In this document: positions 43,322-51,158 of the stretch, in pieces | How the letters are laid out: the number at the start of each line of letters is the position of its first letter | Position numbering within the stretch: position 1 is the stretch's first letter | Origin: Alphaproteobacteria bacterium | Lineage (GTDB): Bacteria > Pseudomonadota > Alphaproteobacteria > UBA828 | NCBI GenBank assembly: GCA_965221125.1 | Contig: CBDCRW010000006.1 | Location: forward strand, 320,001-384,000 | DNA length: 64,000 bases | Direction of reading: 5' to 3' | Notes under the pieces: model-generated | What the model was told of the DNA's origin: nothing | Seen by the model: only the letters and a program-made list of their open reading frames with translations | The model's database searches: none | Made by a program: the position numbers and the translations under genes

Positions 43322-44698
43322 TCACCCGAATTCCTGGTCGACCCTCTCGTCGGATTCGATTTGCCTGAGCCGGCGGACGACACTCTCCACGCGCTCGTCC
43401 TCGGGCAGCCCCTCGGCCTCGAATTGCGCCTCCATCACGGCTTCGCCGACTGCGCGCAGCAGCGCGCCGTCGTCGCTGCCGTTGCTTGGCTTGTGGAGGA
43501 CGGTGTCGCCGCCATACGTTGGAATCGGGCCATCGCGACAACCGTCCGCCGCCTGGAGCGGCTCGGTACCGTCCTGCAGAGCGCGAACGAGCGAACGCAG
43601 ACGCTTGCGATAGCCCACGATGCCCCGGTCGCTGGGCACGAGGTGTTCCTTCTCATGCTCGGTAACGGTGCCCATGCTCTCGGTGGCTTCGGCATCCGCA
43701 GGGAAGAGCTTTTTTTCCTCGTCGGATCGATCGAACAGCTCGCCCTGCTCGATCAGTTCGCAGCCCTCGGGCGTGTTGTATTCCGGCGGATCGGCACGGT
43801 CGCCGAAAACCGCCCAGGCAAAGCACATCGTCTCTTCGTCACTGAGCGGAACCACCCAGCGTACAAAGGCGGTCCGCCCGTAATAGCGCTGCGCGCTTCC
43901 GTCAGCGGCGAAGGCAGCGCCGGCCTGGGTGAAGTTGGGGAGTACTAATTCATTTGTGCGGACCCAGACGTTCTCGCCCACCCTGCGTGTGGAGGTACCC
44001 AGAAAACTCGTTTCCCGGTCGTAGAACTTCATCTCGCCGATTTCCCCGAACCCTTTCGAGAACTGCTCACGGCTGGTGCGCGAATGCAGGAAAGCGGTGT
44101 GAAGCGGGTCGACGATTGCGTCGAGCACCTGCAACCAGTTGCAGTGAAACGGCGCCTTGTAAGGCACGAGTTCCTGTCCGGGCAGATCGAAAATGTCGTA
44201 AATGGGAAACGCGGGCTTTAGTTCGGGCGGCCCCAGATAGGCAAATATCAATCCCTTGTAATCCTTCACCGGATAGGCACCCAGGGTCACGGTCTGACAA
44301 ACCCGTTCTTCCACCTTCTTGGGCTGCCCCGGTACCTCGAGGACCGTCCCATCGGTATCGAAAAGCCAACCGTGGTAACAGCAGCGGATGCCTCGTTCTT
44401 CCGGAACGCCGTACTCGAGCGAAGATCGCCGATGAGGGCAGCGGCGGTGCACCAGGCCGATGCGGTCGCTCTTGTCTCGAAACAGGACAAGATCTTCGCC
44501 AAGCACCTGAATCAGCCTGGGCCTCGCACCAAGCTCCGACGCCAGCGCCACGGGATGCCAGAACCGTCTCAGATACTCGCCGCACGGCGTATTCGGGCCG
44601 ATCTCGGTCAACTCGGCATCGCTCTTCCCGATCCATGTCTGGTGATAGCCGCCATAGGTAAGGTTCTGCTTCGGTCGGTATCGAATGGAATCGGTCAT
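43322..44698 (-). CDS. Rieske non-heme iron oxygenase alpha subunit (phthalate 4,5-dioxygenase/LigX-like alpha3 group)
   Basis: GPNTPCGEYLRRFWHPV, Rieske CPH...CCYHGW and mononuclear Fe CNWLQ...DPLHTAFLH. True start is ATG 44698 within the long ORF 43322..49531. Confidence 0.9.
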   Translation of the reverse strand: MTDSIRYRPKQNLTYGGYHQTWIGKSDAELTEIGPNTPCGEYLRRFWHPVALASELGARPRLIQVLGEDLVLFRDKSDRIGLVHRRCPHRRSSLEYGVPEERGIRCCYHGWLFDTDGTVLEVPGQPKKVEERVCQTVTLGAYPVKDYKGLIFAYLGPPELKPAFPIYDIFDLPGQELVPYKAPFHCNWLQVLDAIVDPLHTAFLHSRTSREQFSKGFGEIGEMKFYDRETSFLGTSTRRVGENVWVRTNELVLPNFTQAGAAFAADGSAQRYYGRTAFVRWVVPLSDEETMCFAWAVFGDRADPPEYNTPEGCELIEQGELFDRSDEEKKLFPADAEATESMGTVTEHEKEHLVPSDRGIVGYRKRLRSLVRALQDGTEPLQAADGCRDGPIPTYGGDTVLHKPSNGSDDGALLRAVGEAVMEAQFEAEGLPEDERVESVVRRLRQIESDERVDQEFG

Positions 44699-45304
44699 AT
44701 TTGTGACCCCGCATCGTTCGACGCGTTCTCCACCGTGAGCACGCTCGGACTGGCGTCGAGGGCCATGGCGGCAGGGAACGCGCGCGAACCGTTCATGGCG
44801 TGTTCCTGACCCCGCGGTCCCCGTGTCCGTATTCGGCACGAAAGCCGCGACGGCCGGCGCGTACGTTCTGCCGTCGAGAGGGCAAGAAAACTCCACGGCG
44901 GATGCGCGCCGACCGCCGCACTCGGTATCTATCTCTTGCAAGTATACCGGCATATCAACGAATATAGTGCGTATAATGAGTTGAATTAGGCGAATAATTG
45001 GAGAATTTCTGCCGTCCCATCCCCGGTCGCTCAGGTTGTGGAACAACTGCGCGCAGTGAACGCAGCATCGGCCTGAGCGGGTACGGGCTACGGGCGCCGA
45101 CCCCGCCCCGCCGTCCCTTTGGCTCGGATGCCGGGCGGAAGCGGCATAAAGTCGCCTTATATTCGCATAACTCGCGCCACTATAGTCATACATTTCGTAT
45201 AACCATTTTGTATACTGCCATTCCGTTGAAGCTATGACCGCAACGGTCGGCGTGCCGCCATCGCAGGCCGGGTCCATCCGGCTTCGTGTGAAAGGGGATA
45301 CTCG

Positions 45305-48300
45305 ATGCTCCCGGCGATTCGCGGCACGATGCGCCTTCTCCGCTCCACGGCTGCCCACGCCGACAGAGTCGTTCGCGTCGGCCGCTTGCCCCGTTGCGGC
45401 CTGCGCCTGCCGTCCGGCGCGATGATGTCCGGCGTTTTCGTGCTGCCGGCGTGCCTGCTGCTCGCGGCCTTCGCGCTCGCGCCCTCTCCCGCCGCGGCGC
45501 AGTCGGAAGGCGAGCTGCGCATCGTCCCGCTGGAGGCGGACGTGCCCGAGAGGGGGCGGCTGGAGATCTTCCACACGCCAACCGGCGGAACGGGCCGGTG
45601 GGGACCCATCTGCGACGATGCCTTCCGCATGGACGAGGCGAAGGTGGCCTGCAAGCAGATGGGCTACCGGGACGCCGAGAACTACATCCTGCGCTACAGC
45701 AAGGACTACGCCCATACCGAGGCGGCGTACTGGCTCGACGACATGGACTGCAACGGCTCGGAATCGAAGTTCACCGAATGCCGGCAGCAGAACACGAGGG
45801 GAGGGGGATACTTTTCGGAGCTGCAATGGGGCCAGCACGACTGCAACCGCCTCGAGCAGGTGGGCCTGCAATGCACGGCCGATACGGCCCTGAACTACAC
45901 CCGGGTCGACAAGCGCGCGCTCACGGTGGTCGAAGGGCTGAGCGCGACCTTCAAGGTCTGGCTGGGCAAGGCGCCGAGCGGCACCGTCACGGTCACGCTG
46001 AGCGGCCATAGCGGGACCGACCTGACCCTGAAGGACAGCGACAGCAACACGATATCGTCGCTCACCTTCACGACGTCGAACTGGAGCGATCCGCAAACAG
46101 TGACGGTGGAGGCGGCAAGCGACACCGACACGACCGACGACACGGGCATCACGATCGGCTTCAGCGCGGCCGGCGGCGGTTACGCCGCCGCGACTGATCA
46201 GCAAGACGTGCGGGTCACGATCAGGGACGATGACGTCAAGGGGTTCGCGATCGCGCCGACGAGCCTGAACTCGTTCGAGACCGAGGAGCTGAACCGGAGG
46301 CAGGTTGGAGGAGTCGCGGCGGGCGACCGCACCGTCAGCAGTACGGTCGGAGACCCGCCGGTGACCAGCTACACGGTGAGGATGAAGGGCCCGCCCTCGG
46401 CAAACGTCACGGTCGCTCTCGCGGTCACCGCCAATACGCCCGGCGGCACCGGGGCGGCCGATGTCTCCTTCGAGCCCTCGACCCTCACCTTCACGACGTC
46501 CGACTGGAGCACGCCACAGACCGTGACGCCGAAGGTGACCAAAGATGACGACACCGTCGCCGAAACGGTCACGATCTCGCACACCGTCACCAGCACCGAC
46601 AGCGGCTACGACGGCATGGACCTCCCGGACGTGACGATGGAGGTGAAGGAGACGGAACCGCCCTACACCTCCGGCCTTTCGGTGTCCAATGCCACTGCGA
46701 ACGAGGACGATGACCCCCCCGAGCTCGATTTCGAGGTGACGTTGTGGCCTGCGTCGACGGAGACGGTGACGGTGAAGTACAAGACCATCGACCGCACGGC
46801 GACGGCGGGCGACGACTACATCCACACCAGCGGAACGCTCACCTTCGAACCGGGCGTGACGGGGCTGAAGGTCCGGGTGACGATTATCGACGACGACGTG
46901 GAGGACGACGGGGAGACGCTGTGGCTCAAACTGACGGACCCCGTTGGTGCGTTCTTTGACGATTCGTGGGGGCTGGGCACGATCGACAACACCGAGACGG
47001 GCGGCGACAACACGGCGCCGACGGGACTGCCGACGATTTCGGGCACGGCACAGGTCGGCGAGACGCTGACGGCGTCGTCCGCGGGGATCGCGGACGCGGA
47101 CGGTCTTACGAACGCGACCTTCGCCTGGCAGTGGATCGCGGACGACGAGGACATCGCGGACGCGACCGACGCGACCTGGACGCTGACCGCCGCCGAGCAG
47201 GGCAAGACGGTCAAGGTGCGGGCGACCTTCACCGACGACGGGGGCACGGAGGAGACGCTGACGAGCGCCGCCACGGAGGCGGTGGCGGCGGCCGTTCAGC
47301 AGCAGGTTGCGAGCGACACCGAAGCGCCGACGGTTACGGTGACGAGCGATGCGACCGGGCCGGTGACGGGCGAGTTCGACGTCACGGTGACGTTCAGCGA
47401 GCCGGTGACGGGTTTCGAGATGTCGGAGCTCTCCATCGTCAACGGCACGGCGTCCGCCATGACCGGCAACGAGGCGGGCGACACGTACACGGTGACCATC
47501 ACGCCCGACGGCGGTGCTTCGGGGACGCTCTCGGTGGAGGTTCCGGCGGGGGTGGCGAGCGATGCGGCGGAGAACGCGAACACAGCCTCGGGCGCATTCG
47601 GCATCGCGGTGCGGACCGCGCTGACGGCGTCGTTCTCGTCGGTCGCGCGAGAGCATGACGGGTCGAGCGTCTTCCTGGTGCCGCTCGACTTCAGCGAGGA
47701 CGTGGAGGGGCTGAGCTACCGGACGTTGAAGTTCGGGGGCATCGAGGTGACCGGCGGGACGGTGAAGAGGGCGAAGCGCCGCCCGCCCGGGTCCGGGCAG
47801 GGCAAGTACTGGACGATCCATGTCAAGCCGAATACGGACGGCGACGTGACGGTCGTGCTGCCGGAGACGACGGACTGCGCCGCGACGGGGGCCGTCTGCA
47901 CTCAGGACGGGCGGATGCTCGCGAACGCGTCGCGCGCGACGATCCCGGGACCGGCGTCCACGCCGCTCGTGTCGATCGCGGCGGCGACGTCGCCGGTGAC
48001 GGAGGGGACGGCGGCGTCGTTCACGCTCAGCCGCAGGGGCGGCCCGGCGACGGCGCTCACGGTGGATGTGAGCGTGAGCGAAGACGGGGCGATGGTGGAC
48101 GGGACGGCGCCGTCGACGGCGACCTTCGCCGCGAACTCGACGACGGCGACGCTCACGGTGGCGACGGCGGACGACGAGGTCGCGGAGTCGGCGAGCGTCG
48201 TCACGGCGACGATTTCGTCCGGGACCGGCTACGAGGCCGATTCGGGCGCGGAGAGCGCGTCTGTGACGGTCGAGGACGACGACGAGGCGCCAGCCAACGC

Positions 48301-51067
48301 CGCGCCGACGGGCCTGCCGACGATTTCGGGCACGGCGACGGTCGGCGAGACGCTGACGGCATCGGAAGCGGGGATCGCGGATGCGGACGGGCTGACCGAT
48401 GCGACCTTCGCCTGGCAGTGGATCGCGAACGATGCGGACATCGCGGACGCGACCGACGCGACCTACACACTGACCTCCACCGAGGAAGGCAAGACGGTCA
48501 AGGTGCGGGTGACGTTCACCGACGACGGCGGCAAGGAGGAGACGCTGGTAAGCGCCGCCACGGCGGAGGTCGCTGCGGAGGTTCCGCAGGTCTCGATCGC
48601 GGCGACCTCCTCGCCGGTGACGGAAGGCACGGCGGCGGCGTTCACGCTGAGCCGCACGGGCGGCACGACGGCGGCGCTGACGGTTACGGTAAGCGTGAGC
48701 GAGGCGGGCACCGTGCTGTCGGGGACGCCGGCTTCCACGGTGACCTTCGTGGCCGGGAATGCCACGGCCACGCTCAGCCTTGCTACCGAGAACGATGCCG
48801 TGGACGAGGCCGACGCCAGGGTGACGGTGACGGTCGCCGCCGGGACCGGCTACACGGTGGACCCGGACGCAGGCACGGCCGGGGTCGACGTCTACGACAA
48901 CGACGCGGCGGCCACGGGCGAGGCGACGGTGACGACGCTCTGGTCCACGACGCTCCAATGGGCGGACTGGAACGGCAACGTGATCGCCAACGCGGCGGAC
49001 TTCACGAACGCGACGTGGTCCGAGGACGGGAGCGACTTCAAGGTCTGGTACTTCGCCTACGATCCGTGGGACGGCACTCTGTGGTTGCGGCTGAACTCGT
49101 CCCAGTCCGGCGGGGACATTCCCCGTGCGGGCGAGCTGACGCTTCACATCGGCGACGAGACGGTGGAGGCGGGCGATGCGCTGTCGGACTTCGCCGCGGG
49201 CAGGATCGGAACCGTCAGCGGGCTCGACCGGGACTGGGAGGAAGGCGACCGGGTATCGGTGCGCCTGACGCGCACGGTTGCGGCGGAGACGACCGTCTCC
49301 CTGCCGGGCCTCTCGGTGGTGGACGCACAGGTGCGCGAGGCTGACGGCGCGGCGCTGCCGTTCGTCGTGACGCTGGGCGACGTGCAGACCTCTGCGGTCT
49401 CGGTGCGCTACGCGACATCGGACGGCACGGCGACGGCGGGCCTGGACTACGAGGCGGTGTCCGGGATGCTGCGTTTCGAGCCGGGCCAGACCTCGAAGAC
49501 GGTGTCGGTTCCGGTGATCAACGACGAGCACGACGACGACGGGGAGACGCTGACGCTGACGCTGTCGCAGCCGTTCGGGGCCACGCTTGCCGACGGCACC
49601 GCGACGGGGACGATCGTGAACACCGACCCGATGCCGCAGGCGTGGATTGCGCGCTTCGGGCGCACGGTGGCGGAACAGGTGCTCGAAGCGGTCGAGAGCC
49701 GGATGCAGGCGCCGCGGACGGCGGGCGTCGAGGTGAGCCTCGGCGGCCGGCAGGTCGGCGGCGCGGCCACGGAGGACGGCGCGCAGACAGTAGCCGGTCG
49801 CAACCCGGCCGAGCTGTACGGCAAGGGAGCCGATCCGGAGCAGCGGCTCGGCCTGGAAGCGCAGACGATGACGCAGCGCGACTTCCTGCTCGGCTCGTCC
49901 TTCTCGCTCACGGGCGGGACGGAGCGTGACGGCGCCTACGCGCTGTGGGGCCGGGGCGCCGTGACGCGGTTCGACGGCCGCGACGGCGCGCTTTCACTGG
50001 ACGGCGAGGTGACCAGCGCCATGCTGGGCGCCGACTGGAGCCAAGATGCACTGATGGCGGGGCTGGTGGTCTCGCACAGCCGGGGCGAGGGCAGCTACGC
50101 CGGAGAGGGCGGCAACGGCGCGGTGCGCTCCTCGCTGACCGGTCTCTATCCCTGGGGCCGCTATGCGCTGAGCGAGCGGGTCTCGGTCTGGGGCGTCGCG
50201 GGCCACGGCGAGGGCACGCTGACGCTCACGCCCGAAGGCGAGGCGCCGATCGACACGGACCTCGACCTCAGGATGGCCGCGGCGGGCCTGCGCGGCGTGC
50301 TGGTGCAGGCGGCGGAGACGGGCGGGCTCGAGCTTGCGGTGAAGTCCGATGCCCTGGGCATGCAGACGAGCACGGCGAAGGCGGACGGCCTTGCGGCGGC
50401 GGATGCCGACGTGACGCGTCTCAGGCTCGGTATCGAGGGCTCGCTACCCTCCCGCTTCGCGGGCGGGGCGAGCCTCGTGCCGAGCGTCGAGATCGGGGTG
50501 CGCCGGGACGGCGGCGATGCCGAGACCGGGTTCGGTGTCGACATCGGCGGCGGTCTGTCCTGGTCGGACTCGCAGCGCGGCCTCTCGGCCGAGTTCCGGG
50601 TCCGCGGCCTGCTGAGCCATCAGGCGGACGGGTTCCGGGAGCGCGGCTTCTCGGGCTCTCTCTCGTGGGATCCGACGCCCGACACGGCGCGCGGCCTCAG
50701 TTTCTCGATGAGCCAGACGGTGGGCGTTCAGGCGGCGGGCGGCATGGACGCCCTGCTCGAAGGCGACACGCTGGCGGGGCTCGCGGCCAATGACGACGGG
50801 CAAGACGAGTTTGCGCGGCGCCGTTTCGAGATGAGTCTCGGCTACGGCTTCGGCGTGTTCGGGGACAGGTTCACGGCGACGCCGGGGGTCGGGCTGGGTT
50901 TGTCGGACGACCATCGGGAGTACCGGCTCGGCTGGGGGCTCGGGCTCGTCCGCGGAGGCTCGCTGTCGATGGACTTCGATCTGTCGGGCTTGCGGCGCGA
51001 GGCGGCAAACGACGAGGGGGCGGCGCCCGAGCACGTGCTGACGCTGCGAGGGCAGGTCCGCTGGTGA
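45305..51067 (+). CDS. Large autotransporter-like surface protein: SRCR domain + Ig-like/Calx-beta repeats + C-terminal beta-barrel
   Basis: RBS AAAGGGG and signal peptide ending AAAQ. SRCR at about 45510-45875, Calx-beta twice, Thr-rich beta repeats, and an amphipathic beta-strand C-terminal domain ending in W. Confidence 0.85.
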   Translation: MLPAIRGTMRLLRSTAAHADRVVRVGRLPRCGLRLPSGAMMSGVFVLPACLLLAAFALAPSPAAAQSEGELRIVPLEADVPERGRLEIFHTPTGGTGRWGPICDDAFRMDEAKVACKQMGYRDAENYILRYSKDYAHTEAAYWLDDMDCNGSESKFTECRQQNTRGGGYFSELQWGQHDCNRLEQVGLQCTADTALNYTRVDKRALTVVEGLSATFKVWLGKAPSGTVTVTLSGHSGTDLTLKDSDSNTISSLTFTTSNWSDPQTVTVEAASDTDTTDDTGITIGFSAAGGGYAAATDQQDVRVTIRDDDVKGFAIAPTSLNSFETEELNRRQVGGVAAGDRTVSSTVGDPPVTSYTVRMKGPPSANVTVALAVTANTPGGTGAADVSFEPSTLTFTTSDWSTPQTVTPKVTKDDDTVAETVTISHTVTSTDSGYDGMDLPDVTMEVKETEPPYTSGLSVSNATANEDDDPPELDFEVTLWPASTETVTVKYKTIDRTATAGDDYIHTSGTLTFEPGVTGLKVRVTIIDDDVEDDGETLWLKLTDPVGAFFDDSWGLGTIDNTETGGDNTAPTGLPTISGTAQVGETLTASSAGIADADGLTNATFAWQWIADDEDIADATDATWTLTAAEQGKTVKVRATFTDDGGTEETLTSAATEAVAAAVQQQVASDTEAPTVTVTSDATGPVTGEFDVTVTFSEPVTGFEMSELSIVNGTASAMTGNEAGDTYTVTITPDGGASGTLSVEVPAGVASDAAENANTASGAFGIAVRTALTASFSSVAREHDGSSVFLVPLDFSEDVEGLSYRTLKFGGIEVTGGTVKRAKRRPPGSGQGKYWTIHVKPNTDGDVTVVLPETTDCAATGAVCTQDGRMLANASRATIPGPASTPLVSIAAATSPVTEGTAASFTLSRRGGPATALTVDVSVSEDGAMVDGTAPSTATFAANSTTATLTVATADDEVAESASVVTATISSGTGYEADSGAESASVTVEDDDEAPANAAPTGLPTISGTATVGETLTASEAGIADADGLTDATFAWQWIANDADIADATDATYTLTSTEEGKTVKVRVTFTDDGGKEETLVSAATAEVAAEVPQVSIAATSSPVTEGTAAAFTLSRTGGTTAALTVTVSVSEAGTVLSGTPASTVTFVAGNATATLSLATENDAVDEADARVTVTVAAGTGYTVDPDAGTAGVDVYDNDAAATGEATVTTLWSTTLQWADWNGNVIANAADFTNATWSEDGSDFKVWYFAYDPWDGTLWLRLNSSQSGGDIPRAGELTLHIGDETVEAGDALSDFAAGRIGTVSGLDRDWEEGDRVSVRLTRTVAAETTVSLPGLSVVDAQVREADGAALPFVVTLGDVQTSAVSVRYATSDGTATAGLDYEAVSGMLRFEPGQTSKTVSVPVINDEHDDDGETLTLTLSQPFGATLADGTATGTIVNTDPMPQAWIARFGRTVAEQVLEAVESRMQAPRTAGVEVSLGGRQVGGAATEDGAQTVAGRNPAELYGKGADPEQRLGLEAQTMTQRDFLLGSSFSLTGGTERDGAYALWGRGAVTRFDGRDGALSLDGEVTSAMLGADWSQDALMAGLVVSHSRGEGSYAGEGGNGAVRSSLTGLYPWGRYALSERVSVWGVAGHGEGTLTLTPEGEAPIDTDLDLRMAAAGLRGVLVQAAETGGLELAVKSDALGMQTSTAKADGLAAADADVTRLRLGIEGSLPSRFAGGASLVPSVEIGVRRDGGDAETGFGVDIGGGLSWSDSQRGLSAEFRVRGLLSHQADGFRERGFSGSLSWDPTPDTARGLSFSMSQTVGVQAAGGMDALLEGDTLAGLAANDDGQDEFARRRFEMSLGYGFGVFGDRFTATPGVGLGLSDDHREYRLGWGLGLVRGGSLSMDFDLSGLRREAANDEGAAPEHVLTLRGQVRW
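47009..48571 (+). repeat. Intragenic duplicated ~92-aa module (47009-47284 and 48296-48571)
   Basis: NTAPTGLPTISGTAQVGETLTAS...EETLTSAAT versus NAAPTGLPTISGTATVGETLTAS...EETLVSAAT, with high DNA identity. Confidence 0.9.
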
Positions 51068-51158
51068 GTGTCGCGCTTCACCGGCAGCGAGCAAGGACCG
51101 CATGGCCGCCGCCGGATGCTGGAGTGGCCTGCAGCGTCGCGGACTGTCGGGACGGCCG

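Noticed and set aside
43322-49531. 2069-aa minus-strand ORF
   Set aside because: Only the last 458 aa (from ATG 44698) are a real Rieske protein. The rest is Arg/His-rich antisense shadow of the adhesin plus an intergenic stretch that happens to lack stops.
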